A stretch of 64,000 nucleotides of DNA. Source: a virus (taxonomy: Duplodnaviria; Caudoviricetes). The notes below the pieces were generated by a model. That model saw only the letters and a list, made by a program, of their open reading frames with translations. It made no database searches and was not told the DNA's origin. Shown in pieces: positions 19,494 through 29,142 of this stretch (the stretch's first letter is position 1; each line of letters begins with the position of its first letter). Location: positions 32,001 through 96,000 of the IMG/VR virus record IMGVR_UViG_3300013121_000036. One strand, 5' to 3'. The position numbers and the translations under genes were made by a program.

Positions 19494-19817
19494 ATGGACC
19501 AGTTTCCCGACCTGAGCAGCCTTGCCGCAACAGCAGCCATCGCCCCCCAGGCTCCGGGGCGACCCATGGGGACCACGCTTCGCGTGCAGCCTGGCCAAGC
19601 GCCAGCACGTCTCCCTGGGGCAGAGGCTGCCCCACCACAATCGTCATGGCTCAGCCCCAAGCTCGTCCTCGGCCTCGCCGCGGGGGCCGGGCTTCTCTAC
19701 TGGCTCATGAGTGATGACGACAACATGAAGAAGAACGCCGGCCCGGTCGTCGTGGACATCGAAGAGCCCGACGTCGAGCAAGGGGCGGAGGCGGAAGCGC
19801 CAGACGAGGACGAGTTA
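19494..19817 (+). CDS. membrane protein (ends at TTA overlapping next ATG)
   Basis: single TM, acidic tail, TTATG overlap. Confidence 0.65.
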
Positions 19818-20398
19818 TGCCGATCCTGCCAATCCACGTGAAAGCCCCCGTCGCCCCGAAGCTGCTCCCCAGCGCGAGGCACGTCAACCTTCCGTCGTCG
19901 ATCGCCACGGCAGAGGAACCGCAGGAAACCGACGAAGTGCTCGACGCGCAGTCAGAGGACGACGTCGTTGGCAACGGCATGTTCGACGACATGCCGACCG
20001 TGCACCTCGGCAACGGCATGTTCGAGGACAAGTGGAGTATGCCTGGCTACGCCGCTCGCGAAACGGGTCTCGGCCCGACCGAGGTCGTTGACAGAAACGA
20101 CAACCCCATCGGCGTCGTGACTGACAGGCTCTTCATGTGGCCCGGCAACGAAGAGGACGCACCTCCTCCGCTTCTCGAACCCATCGTGCTCCCGAACGCG
20201 GCTCAAGGGGTTGAGATGCTCGCGTCTCACGCCCCCGCCAGGCGGGGCATCTGGAACAACGACCGCATCCCCCCGACGGCCATCAGTGGCCTCGACGGTG
20301 GGGGATATGACTGGGCCAACCTCGCCATGTGGGCCGCCATCGGCCTCGCGGTCGGAGCTGGCGTGGCCTTCGTGGCCAAGAAGCAGGGGTGGTTCTGA
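19817..20398 (+). CDS. virion membrane protein
   Basis: GNGMF repeats, C-terminal TM. Confidence 0.7.
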   Translation: MPILPIHVKAPVAPKLLPSARHVNLPSSIATAEEPQETDEVLDAQSEDDVVGNGMFDDMPTVHLGNGMFEDKWSMPGYAARETGLGPTEVVDRNDNPIGVVTDRLFMWPGNEEDAPPPLLEPIVLPNAAQGVEMLASHAPARRGIWNNDRIPPTAISGLDGGGYDWANLAMWAAIGLAVGAGVAFVAKKQGWF

Positions 20399-20910
20399 TG
20401 TATACGCAACGAGGGCCGATGGGGTGGGTGAGCCCACCAAGCGCCAATCCTGGCTCTGTTCACTACAACCCTTACCCGCCGAACTTCCTTCCTCCAGTGC
20501 ACGTCGCCCCGACGGGCATGAGCGGCCTGAGTACCGCTGGAAAGGGAGTCGTGTTCGGAGCGGCCCTTGTTGCGTCTCTGGCGAACCCTATCGTCATGGG
20601 CGCGGGAGGCGTGGCTGCCGGCCTGGGGTACGTGTCCTCTTCCGAGGGAAAGGAAGTGCATCACGCCATCAAGTACGGTCTGATCACGTACGGCGTCGCC
20701 GCCTTCGTCCTCGCCGCCGGCATCACGTGGCTGGCCGACACCGTGGTTGACGCTGTCGAGTCGGCGCCAGAACCGGCTCCGGCGATCCCTCCGCCGCCCG
20801 TTCAGGGCGTTTCCCAGGGAGCCCCTGGCATGATCGGGACGCAGCAGACCTACAACGCGCCAGCCCAGTCTGGCATGGTGGGAACGTCTGTTTCGGGGTG
20901 GTGGTTATGA
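20398..20910 (+). CDS. membrane protein
   Basis: hydrophobic segments; ends TTA-TGA. Confidence 0.65.
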   Translation: MYTQRGPMGWVSPPSANPGSVHYNPYPPNFLPPVHVAPTGMSGLSTAGKGVVFGAALVASLANPIVMGAGGVAAGLGYVSSSEGKEVHHAIKYGLITYGVAAFVLAAGITWLADTVVDAVESAPEPAPAIPPPPVQGVSQGAPGMIGTQQTYNAPAQSGMVGTSVSGWWL

Positions 20911-21404
20911 TTCCATACACCATCCTCGCCATGGCAGGTCTCGGCGACGCTCCGCCGACCTGTCCCGACTGGTCGACGTACAGCCCCATGCTGGGCTCTT
21001 GCGTTCCCGACCCGTACTGGAAAGACAGGCAGCAGCCCGGCCTGCCAGGCTCGACTTGTCCTGATGGCAGCATCAAGGATCCGAACTACGGCATCTGCTT
21101 CCCAAGCACGATGCCCATTCCTGTGGCGACGAGCCCGACGCCGGTTGGGACGACGCCAAAGCTGCCAAGCATCGCAGACCCAGACTGGCAGGCCAGGAGG
21201 GTTGAGTGGTGCAAGTCTGACGATGCCAAGAGGCTCAAAGACGACCCTCTGACCAAGTCGCTGTGCTTTGACACGTTGCCCGTCAAGGCGGACACCCCGC
21301 CGGTGAAGCCGACAGAGAAGAGCGCTGGTGTTGGTACTGTCACCATCATCGGAGTGGGTCTTCTGGGAGCCGCCGCCGCCTACTACATCTTCAGCGGAAG
21401 GTGA
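20907..21404 (+). CDS. Cys/Pro-rich virion membrane protein
   Basis: AGLGD motif, CPD repeats, C-terminal TM. Confidence 0.7.
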   Translation: MIPYTILAMAGLGDAPPTCPDWSTYSPMLGSCVPDPYWKDRQQPGLPGSTCPDGSIKDPNYGICFPSTMPIPVATSPTPVGTTPKLPSIADPDWQARRVEWCKSDDAKRLKDDPLTKSLCFDTLPVKADTPPVKPTEKSAGVGTVTIIGVGLLGAAAAYYIFSGR

Positions 21405-21408
21405 CGCC

Positions 21409-21936
21409 ATGCCGGAGAACAAAGTCATCGATCAGGACGTCATCAACCAGGCCCTCATCGGCATAGTCATTGGCGGCGTCCTCATCGGCATCTCCGCGTT
21501 CTTCGGCGGAGCCGCGTACCTGCACAGGAAGGTGAACAAGAAGGTCACCATCATGGTGCATGGCTCGCCACGGCTCGTGACACCCGAAATGGCTTACGAG
21601 CTTGGGATACCGAGCAAGTTCTGGGACCAGACACGTGGCATATGGGACTCAGCCACCACCGCCAGAAACGAGGAATACTGGGAGTCAAGGTGGACCGGAA
21701 AGAAGCCCATGCAAGTGTCAGACAGCGGCGAGTGGCCGGCGACGAACTTGGAAGGGCCGCTGGCGGACAGCGGCGAGTGGCCGGTCAGCGGACAGAACCA
21801 GGAATGGGCCGAGGCCGAGGTCAGGGACTGGGAGTACGGTGCATCTCCGCATAGCCTGGCGGAGTGGTCCACCGAGGCATATCGACTTCCTGCCGACGAC
21901 ACGGACCTTTCGGAGCTGCGTAGAGGAAGGTCCTAA
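21409..21936 (+). CDS. N-anchored membrane protein
   Basis: IDQDVINQALIGIVIGG TM; DSGEWP x2. Confidence 0.65.
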   Translation: MPENKVIDQDVINQALIGIVIGGVLIGISAFFGGAAYLHRKVNKKVTIMVHGSPRLVTPEMAYELGIPSKFWDQTRGIWDSATTARNEEYWESRWTGKKPMQVSDSGEWPATNLEGPLADSGEWPVSGQNQEWAEAEVRDWEYGASPHSLAEWSTEAYRLPADDTDLSELRRGRS

Positions 21937-21937
21937 C

Positions 21938-22369
21938 ATGGAAACGACCCCCATCGCCATTGACCCAGAGATCGCCAGGCAAGCTCTTGTTGGCATCGTC
22001 TTGGGCGGCATCTTCATCGCGGCGGCAGCTTCGTTCGGCGGGGCGATGTATCTGGAACATGAAGCCGCGTCTCAGTGGAAGCGAAGCCGCCCCACTGCGC
22101 CGTCTCGATCTTGGCGCCACGAGCCATACGAAGCGCCTCCCACCACGGAGCGAGACCCTTGGGCTCAGTATCGCGGAGCCATCGTGAGGGCCAAGGAGAA
22201 GGCAGAGCGACGAGCCATGACCAAGCGGGCCCACAGCATCGCCGAGTACGGCGAGCTTGAGAGGCGCAAACGACTTGGGCCTTCTGGCGTCGATCTGCGA
22301 CACTACGAGGAAGAAGCGCCCTCCACAGACGAAGGATGGGCGCCGCCAACCCTCCGCTCACCGAGGTAA
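21938..22369 (+). CDS. N-anchored membrane protein, paralogous N-terminus
   Basis: IDPEIARQALVGIVLGG TM. Confidence 0.65.
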   Translation: METTPIAIDPEIARQALVGIVLGGIFIAAAASFGGAMYLEHEAASQWKRSRPTAPSRSWRHEPYEAPPTTERDPWAQYRGAIVRAKEKAERRAMTKRAHSIAEYGELERRKRLGPSGVDLRHYEEEAPSTDEGWAPPTLRSPR

Positions 22370-22370
22370 C

Positions 22371-22853
22371 ATGTCTCTGGGTATTTTCGACAACGTCGAT
22401 GCAATCGACGCCGGCTCCGATGGCGTCGACACGCCTGACGCCACCGAAGCGGGCAACATCGCGACCGCTGGAGTCCTTCCGCTCATCGCCATCCTTGGTG
22501 GGGCTGCCTACGTCAAGGAACAGTGCGAGACGACTCACGACATGCCAGACTTCGTCTGCGAGCAGATGGGGTGGAGCTTCATAGGGACGCTCCCGAAGGA
22601 CTTCTGCGCCCCCGGCTATCAGGTGTCTCCATCTGGCGGCTGTGTTCCGGCGACGGCACCTTCGACGCCGACCTCGTCGAAGCCCGCATCAACACCGACT
22701 TCGCCGAGGCCGACTTCGCCGAGGCCGATGCCGACCACGACGACGCCCGCCGTTCTTCCGCCACCGCCACAGAAGAGTGGAATCAGCACCCCCGTGATGG
22801 TCGCAGGTGGGCTGCTGCTGCTGGCTGGTGCTATCTATTTCCTGAAGAGGTTA
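22371..22853 (+). CDS. virion membrane protein (ends at TTA)
   Basis: Pro/Thr linker, TM, YFLKR-TTA, next ATG 4 nt later. Confidence 0.7.
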
Positions 22854-22857
22854 CCTC

Positions 22858-23496
22858 ATGTCCATCGGTTCTCTCGCGGGCAAGGGCGGTCTCGGGTCTC
22901 TTGGCTCGGCCGGCGCGCTCGGCATCTTCGACGATTTCGACTTCGGCGACTTCTTCGGCGGGTCGGCTCCCATCGACGCTGGCACCGAGGGTGCCGGCGG
23001 TGGCGACACGAGCGGCGGCGTCGACACGTCACCCCTCACGCCCCAGACGGGCGAGGCTCCCGTCAAGACGTCTCCAGGCGCCGTGCCGAAGTTCGACATC
23101 TGCGCCCCGCCGTACGTCCAAGACCCGCTCAACCCCAACTTCTGCATCCTCGACTCGAAGGTCAACACGACCTGCCCCAAGGGCCAGGTGTATGACCCTG
23201 TCAAGAAGGGGTGCGTCTCGTCGGCCGACTACTACGACTTCCTGGGTGGTCAGGGAACCCATGTGGACCCGACCAAGCAGAACTGCCCCTACGGCCAGAA
23301 GCTGGTCAACGGCAAGTGCGTGAACCTGGCGGCTCCGACTCCGACCGGGACCAGCACCGCGAAGCCCCCCCCGAAGCCAGTCGTCGCCGCCCCCCCGCCT
23401 GCTCCGGCCAAGAAGAGCATGATGGTTCCGCTGGTCGTCGGCGGCCTGGCGCTCCTCGCCGTCGGCGGCCTCGCCTACTACGCCAAGACCCACTGA
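22858..23496 (+). CDS. Cys-rich virion membrane protein
   Basis: GGLGSLG, CPxGQ repeats, C-terminal TM. Confidence 0.7.
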   Translation: MSIGSLAGKGGLGSLGSAGALGIFDDFDFGDFFGGSAPIDAGTEGAGGGDTSGGVDTSPLTPQTGEAPVKTSPGAVPKFDICAPPYVQDPLNPNFCILDSKVNTTCPKGQVYDPVKKGCVSSADYYDFLGGQGTHVDPTKQNCPYGQKLVNGKCVNLAAPTPTGTSTAKPPPKPVVAAPPPAPAKKSMMVPLVVGGLALLAVGGLAYYAKTH

Positions 23497-23503
23497 GGGC
23501 AGC

Positions 23504-24349
23504 ATGGGCCTCGAACAGCTCGTCGGTGACGCCGTCGTGCCGCGCTTCGTCGGCTTCGCCGTTGCCGAGAGGCTTCAGGTCGGCTGGGCAGCGGCAGACG
23601 GCGCCTTGCGCAAATACGTGGACCTGGACGCCGTCGAGGTGGACTTCGACGTCGCCTCGACGACCCTGGATGCCGCTGGCGTGTGGCTCCGCGACAACCG
23701 AGCCACCGTCGAGCAGGCTCTCCAGAGCGGCGACGTGAGCAACGCTCTGCTCGCGATGCCGGCCAACGAGGCAGCCAACATGCTCGTGGCCCAATTCATA
23801 GTGGCGACGAGGGCCGCTGGCGCTCACCTGAGTGGCAGCCTGAGGGTCTCGGAGGCTGAGCAGGCCAAGGACGCCTACCGGCTGCTCCAGTTCTTCGAGG
23901 TGCTGCTCATCCTCGATGAGAAGGGGACTCTCACCTCGATATTCACCGGCGCCACCTCGGCCTCGGCACAGGTCAAAGGCAGCCTGGGGCGGCTCGCCGG
24001 TCTTGGCGGAGGAGCCGCTGCCGCCATCGCACCCATCATCACGGCTGTGCCGCCGTGGCTCATCGTCATCGTCATCGCCATCGCTCTGCTGGCGGTGGTG
24101 TGGGTCATCATGTACGCTCCGCAGATGACGGCTAAAGCCGTCGCGTACAATGATGCCTGCAAGGAAGCGCTTGAGTCGGCCAAGCAGGGGCAACGGAACA
24201 AGCTGGCTGAGGATCTGTGCCGGATGTTCAGTCGACAAGATCCGACGGCGGAGGCGCTCAACAACGCCGTTTGGGTCGTCGGCGGCGTCGCGGCGGCATA
24301 CCTATTCATGGTCTACGGTCTCCCCTCTCTGATCGCGAGGAGAGCATGA
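23504..24349 (+). CDS. membrane protein with two C-terminal TM helices
   Basis: AGLG motif before first TM. Confidence 0.7.
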   Translation: MGLEQLVGDAVVPRFVGFAVAERLQVGWAAADGALRKYVDLDAVEVDFDVASTTLDAAGVWLRDNRATVEQALQSGDVSNALLAMPANEAANMLVAQFIVATRAAGAHLSGSLRVSEAEQAKDAYRLLQFFEVLLILDEKGTLTSIFTGATSASAQVKGSLGRLAGLGGGAAAAIAPIITAVPPWLIVIVIAIALLAVVWVIMYAPQMTAKAVAYNDACKEALESAKQGQRNKLAEDLCRMFSRQDPTAEALNNAVWVVGGVAAAYLFMVYGLPSLIARRA

Positions 24350-24768
24350 TGTTTGCAACGAGGAGCAGGGCTGGAGGTGCAAACCTGCCACCTCCGTCTC
24401 CAACGGAAGGGCAGGTCTACTCCGTCCCGAGACTGTCCGGCGGATACGACTATTTCCGCGGCAAGCCAGGCTCCTCGGTCCCGATCAACGACGACGTCGA
24501 TGTGCCCGTGGTGGCGCATCCCAACCCCATCGGGGTGAGCAGCCTGACCATCGGCTGCTCATTGCCCAACGGTGCCGTCTACATAGGCCGTGGCGATGTA
24601 GCCAGGGGGTGCGTCACTCCGATGCCAGGGGCTGGGTCCACGACGGAACTGCGGACGGGGCTCGGCTTCGTTGACGCAGACTCGGCCAACACCATGGCGG
24701 GCATCACCACGCTGGTCGTCGCAGGCGTCGCTTTCCTTGCCATAGGCTACTTCGTCACGAGGGACTGA
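24346..24768 (+). CDS. virion membrane protein
   Basis: GYDYF...LPNGAVYIGRG..ARG; TGLG then C-terminal TM. Confidence 0.7.
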   Translation: MMFATRSRAGGANLPPPSPTEGQVYSVPRLSGGYDYFRGKPGSSVPINDDVDVPVVAHPNPIGVSSLTIGCSLPNGAVYIGRGDVARGCVTPMPGAGSTTELRTGLGFVDADSANTMAGITTLVVAGVAFLAIGYFVTRD

Positions 24769-25274
24769 TGCCAAGGACAGTGCTCGACACCAAGCCCTAC
24801 GCCGCCAACCTCCGCAAGACCTTCACTGCGAAGCCGCTGCGCCGAGGAGAGTACGACGTGGGTGTCATGTGGCCCACATCCCTGGTGCACGTGGGCACGT
24901 GCGAGTCTGTCATGTACTCCTCGGACAAGTGGTACGAGGATGGAGAGTTCATCGACTACAAACACGTCGCTGAGGGCCCCCAGAAGCTGTACGTCAACAG
25001 CAACCTCGCTGGACACAAGTGGTCCGGCAAGAGGGTCAAGATGTGCGAGCCGCTCCCCAGTCACGTGGCCGAGCTGGCCCCTTGCCTTGGCATCCAAAGC
25101 GTCTTGCACGACGGCAAAGCCGTACAGATCAGCATTCCCAACTGCATCCTGTTCGGCACCAGGACCCCGGTGGGCAAGGTCCCATTTCTCGTCCTGGCTG
25201 TTCCTGGCGACATGGTGTGCGCCATCGTGACGGGCGAAGAGCTTGACGTGACCTCCGACGGCATTGTCGGGTTA
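24768..25274 (+). CDS. hypothetical virion-module protein (ends at TTA)
   Basis: YSSDKW, YKH; ends VTSDGIVG-TTA. Confidence 0.65.
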
Positions 25275-25443
25275 CCTCCCTGGCATGACGTAGCCAAGGA
25301 TCTCCTCAGGCTTGAAAGAGCCGAAGACGACCGACTTCAGGCGCGGCATGACGGGAATGCCTCGCCTGGACAAGAGAACGTTCGTGGCTGACCCGTCGTC
25401 GTCTGGGCAGACGTTCTTCCAGTCCCACGTCGTCTCACCCGCC

Positions 25444-25974
25444 CTATTCTCGTAGACGCCGAGAATACGGACTGCCTCTCCTCGCCTCAGCGCTTTCCTT
25501 GCTCTTGCAAGCGTTGAGGTAGACAAGGGCCTGCGCTTCATCTCGGAGGGAGGCATACGAGCACAGGATACCGCAGTCGACGGCGATACAGAAGGCTTGG
25601 TACGTGGAGAAGGTGGGACACCAGGCGGCCTGTAGGAAAAGGGCCCTCACTTCCCACCCCCTGGCCTGTGACTCCTCGGCCTTGCCTATCATGACCCTGT
25701 TGCGGAAGTGAGCCTCTCCCTGGCCCTCGCACCACCTCTCTGGGACATCTGACCAAGAGCGCTCGACGACACCGCTGCACTGGTACTTGGTCCACTTCAG
25801 CCGTGAGGCCGTCGCGATCTCGATCGCCAGCGCCTCTGGACCGCGAGAACCTCCGGCGAGCAGATGGTCTGGATCGAAGTCCGCCATGACCGACGAGATC
25901 ATGGAGTCAGACCACTTCACGGACCACGCCGCGTCTTCGAGCGCGGAAGAACCGATGACAACGAGGAGCTTCAT
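25444..25974 (-). CDS. SLOG/YspA-like nucleotide-binding protein
   Basis: LLVVIGS, LLAGGSRGPE, HFRNRVM motifs. Confidence 0.55.
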   Translation of the reverse strand: MKLLVVIGSSALEDAAWSVKWSDSMISSVMADFDPDHLLAGGSRGPEALAIEIATASRLKWTKYQCSGVVERSWSDVPERWCEGQGEAHFRNRVMIGKAEESQARGWEVRALFLQAAWCPTFSTYQAFCIAVDCGILCSYASLRDEAQALVYLNACKSKESAEARRGSPYSRRLRE

Positions 25975-25978
25975 GTGT

Positions 25979-26269
25979 TCACCATACTCCAATGCTGAGC
26001 GCTGCGATCTGCGCGTCAGCCTTTTCCTGGTCCGAATAGCCTATCCTGGCTGCCATCATGCGACTGTTCCAGACCCGAACAATCGCCGCCACGGCCTCCT
26101 CATCTTTCATATGCAAGGCAACGATCTCTTTCTTGAGGCCCTTCTTGGGCAGTCTCTTGGCAACGATGCGAGTCCTGCCCGTCAGCTTCTCGACGCTCCT
26201 GGTGAGCTTCCACCACTTTGCGACCATCATCTCCGCCGTGCCGAAGTCAGGATTGGTCCCCGCCAGCAT
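25979..26269 (-). CDS. hypothetical protein
   Basis: GAAGGA RBS, operon packing. Confidence 0.55.
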   Translation of the reverse strand: MLAGTNPDFGTAEMMVAKWWKLTRSVEKLTGRTRIVAKRLPKKGLKKEIVALHMKDEEAVAAIVRVWNSRMMAARIGYSDQEKADAQIAALSIGVW

Positions 26270-26432
26270 CTTTCCTTCTCCTCTCTATCTCCATCTTGCA
26301 CACGTGCCTTATCCAGGCGGAGGCGGGCCTGTCATCCTGCTTCGCAGCGAGGACTATCTGCTCCCTCAGCCCCCTCGTCATGCCCACGTGGACGGTGACG
26401 ACGGCGTTTTCATCGGTCTTCTTCTTGGCCAT
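26247..26432 (-). CDS. ribbon-helix-helix transcription factor
   Basis: VTVHVGM strand, then LREQIVLAAK and ASAWIRH helices. Confidence 0.65.
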   Translation of the reverse strand: MAKKKTDENAVVTVHVGMTRGLREQIVLAAKQDDRPASAWIRHVCKMEIERRRKDAGGDQS

Positions 26433-26585
26433 GTACTACTCGTGTACTTCTTTCTGAGGGGGGCCGCAAGAGAAATTTGTCACTTCGCCATGCCGGCGAG
26501 AACAATGAGTCCCTGAACGGCTTTGGCCCCGCGTGTCGAGCGTGGGAGGCGGTCTGAGCCCTCTTCTCTCAGGAGAGGTGTGTCT

Positions 26586-29036
26586 TTGGCTACCGCCCAC
26601 GTGACCGCTGTGACCATGAAGCAGGTCAAGAGCTACGACAAACCCAAGGGGTTGGCCGCGAACAAGTACGCGGCCAACGGCCTCGGCGTCGTCGCTCTGG
26701 CTGCCGTCAATGGTCGTGGCGCGGCAAAGGCTTGGCGGCCGAAGACGAAGGCCCAGCGCTCTTGGGTCAGCGACAAGATTTCGTACCTCATCAAGCACGA
26801 TGGGATGGGCCAGCGACAGGCCATCGCGGTTGCCCACTCGATGGGCAAGCGTGAGTTCTCCAAGTCGAAGCCCTCCAACAAGAGGAGCAGCCTCACAACC
26901 GGCATCAGCAAGGCGAGGCTGTCAAAGGGCAAGGTACTTGTCGGCGGAAAGAAAGTAGACGCCCACAAGTTCGACAAAGCCTACTCGGTACACGTCTCCC
27001 CAGACGGCAAGAAGACTTCGCTCTACTGGTCGGGCACCAAGGCTGGCGACGGCAAACTGGCTCGGCTGAAGGTCAAAGAGCTGGTTCGGGTGAAGTGGGG
27101 CAAGCCGGCGGAGCTTCGCTTTTGGGGCAAGGGCGGCAAGGACGTCAAGCTCAAGGCGAGCAGCGTTGACGTCAACCCCAAGAAAAAGACCATCAAGGTC
27201 GGCAAGAAGACGTTCAAGTTCAGCGACTTCCAAGGTGGAGCCGGCTTGGAATACTTCGCCGACGACTTCCTTTCTGACTACCACAGCGGGAAGAGAGAAA
27301 AGGGATTCAGCGGCTTCGTCGCCAACTCGAAAGACGCCACGCAGGGTGGCGCGAAGGGACCCATGACCATCTACGAAGCAAACGGTAGCCGCAAGAGCAA
27401 GAAGGGCGGCGGCAAGCTCTCGAAGGCAGAGCGTCGCAAGATCGCTCTGCGCAACCTGGCGAAGGCTCGCAGGGCCCTCGGCAAGAAGGGCGGCGGCAAG
27501 AAGGGCGGCGGCAAGCGCGGCAAGAAGAGCGGCAACAGCCAGTTCGTCACCAAGACGGTGAAGGTGCGCGAGCGCGTCGCGTATGGCCCGTACCGTCTCG
27601 CTCGCGACTCGAAGGGCCGCCCCATCCCGTTCGCCTACCGAGAAGGCAAGGGCAAAGGCAAGTCGCTGAAGCGAGTGCCTCAGTGGGCCCTCTTCGGATT
27701 CAAGTCCGAGGAAGCCTTCGAGAAGGCCAAGCAGGACGAGAAGCAGTCGGCTCGCATCTGGGAGCAAACGGCAAAGGCCGTCGAAGAGCGTGGCAAGGCC
27801 ATCGAGGCTCTTCAGCGCCGCGCCGCCAAGTCGATCGAAGCGGCGAAAGCCAAGGCCGACCGCGCCGCCAAGGCGTTCGAGGCCGAAGAAGAGCGTGTCA
27901 GGAAGGGAGAGTCTTTCTACGTCATGAACTCCAAGAAGAGCAGCAAACGAGGCAAGCGCGGCGGCAAGCTCTCGAAGGCAGAGCGTCGCAAGATCGCTCT
28001 GCGCAACCTGGCGAAGGCTCGCAGGGCCCTCGGCAAGAAGGGCGGCGGCAAGAAGAGCGCTGCCAAGCGTGGCAAGAAGGGCGCTGCCAAGCGCGGCAAG
28101 AAGAACTACGCGAAGTACGGTCCTCGTGACTCGAAGGGCCGTCTCCTGAAGAAGGGCGCTGCCAAGCGCAGCAGCAAGCGCAGCAGCAAGCGCAGCAGCA
28201 AGCGCAGCAGCAAGAGGATGCGCCGCAACGGCGAGGGCGCGGTCGTGCAGACGATGGCCGCGAACCGCCGCCATGGCCGCCGCCGCAAGATGCGCCGCAA
28301 CGACTTCATGGCGATGCTCCGCCCCGCGCTGACGACCGGCGCCTCCGTTCTCGGTGGCTTCCTGGTCCACCGTGCGGCCTCGAACGTGGTCTCCGAGAAG
28401 GTGCTGACCATGGTGGGGTACCTCGCGGACTCGCCCTTCCGCAGCTCGATCGCGGGCGTCCTCGTGGCCCTCGCGGGCGTTCCCCTCGCCCAGAAGTTCA
28501 TGCCCTCGAACGCTCTTGCGGTCGGCGCCGGCATGGTTACGTCTGCGCTGCACACCGCCGTCCTCGCGGTCCTCAAGGCCGCCGGTCAGGACGCCGCCGC
28601 CAACTACCTCGCTGGCGTCGGCGACATCCCCGCGGTCAACACGACCGGCTGGGCTGGCATCGGGGCCTACGAGCTGGCCGGCATGGGCGCTCCGTACGCT
28701 CAGGCCGCCGCTGGCATGGGTGCCTACCCTGTCCAGGCTGCCGCTGGCATGGGCGCCTACGAGCTGGCCGGCATGGGCGCTCCGTACGCTCAGGCCGCCG
28801 CTGGCATGGGTGCCTACCCTGTCCAGGCGGCCGCCGGGTACGGCGCCTACGAGCTGTCGGGCATGGGCGTCATCGCTGACGGGATCCGCCCCGACGGTGC
28901 CAGCATCGAGCAGGCCCTCAACGAGGCCGATCAGATGGCCGGCGGCGATGGCCCCATCCCCTCGCGCGACATCAACGTCCCGACCTACGCTGACCGCGAG
29001 ATGGCGCTCAGCGGCGGGATCTTCCGCGGCTACTGA
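26586..29036 (+). CDS. large Lys/Arg-rich putative core (DNA-condensing) polyprotein with membrane domain and AGMG repeats
   Basis: AGGAGAGG RBS (exact start uncertain); duplicated KLSKAERRKIALRNLAKARRALGKK, (KRSS)4, hydrophobic helices, tandem AGMG repeats. Confidence 0.7.
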   Translation: MATAHVTAVTMKQVKSYDKPKGLAANKYAANGLGVVALAAVNGRGAAKAWRPKTKAQRSWVSDKISYLIKHDGMGQRQAIAVAHSMGKREFSKSKPSNKRSSLTTGISKARLSKGKVLVGGKKVDAHKFDKAYSVHVSPDGKKTSLYWSGTKAGDGKLARLKVKELVRVKWGKPAELRFWGKGGKDVKLKASSVDVNPKKKTIKVGKKTFKFSDFQGGAGLEYFADDFLSDYHSGKREKGFSGFVANSKDATQGGAKGPMTIYEANGSRKSKKGGGKLSKAERRKIALRNLAKARRALGKKGGGKKGGGKRGKKSGNSQFVTKTVKVRERVAYGPYRLARDSKGRPIPFAYREGKGKGKSLKRVPQWALFGFKSEEAFEKAKQDEKQSARIWEQTAKAVEERGKAIEALQRRAAKSIEAAKAKADRAAKAFEAEEERVRKGESFYVMNSKKSSKRGKRGGKLSKAERRKIALRNLAKARRALGKKGGGKKSAAKRGKKGAAKRGKKNYAKYGPRDSKGRLLKKGAAKRSSKRSSKRSSKRSSKRMRRNGEGAVVQTMAANRRHGRRRKMRRNDFMAMLRPALTTGASVLGGFLVHRAASNVVSEKVLTMVGYLADSPFRSSIAGVLVALAGVPLAQKFMPSNALAVGAGMVTSALHTAVLAVLKAAGQDAAANYLAGVGDIPAVNTTGWAGIGAYELAGMGAPYAQAAAGMGAYPVQAAAGMGAYELAGMGAPYAQAAAGMGAYPVQAAAGYGAYELSGMGVIADGIRPDGASIEQALNEADQMAGGDGPIPSRDINVPTYADREMALSGGIFRGY

Positions 29037-29042
29037 CCGAAG

Positions 29043-29070
29043 AGCCCCCCGGTTCGCGCCGGGGGTCTTT
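29043..29070 (+). terminator. GC hairpin with short T run
   Basis: CCCCCGG-TTCGCG-CCGGGGG-TCTTT. Confidence 0.45.
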
Positions 29071-29142
29071 CCCCAAAGACTTCACCCTCTCGGGTGAGCC
29101 GGAGCGACCGGCAAAACAACGCTAACAACCGGAGAGAATACC

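Noticed and set aside
17576-19841. Long ORF-track calls 17576-18847, 17743-19491 and 18933-19841
   Set aside because: N-terminal parts overlap real genes in other frames; true starts are 17909, 18844 and 19494
26922-28553. Long antisense or alternate-frame ORFs (also 29733-31055, 56086-57387, 61613-63139, and the upstream part of 61177-62424)
   Set aside because: Shadows of high-GC or repetitive genes; no RBS or recognisable motifs
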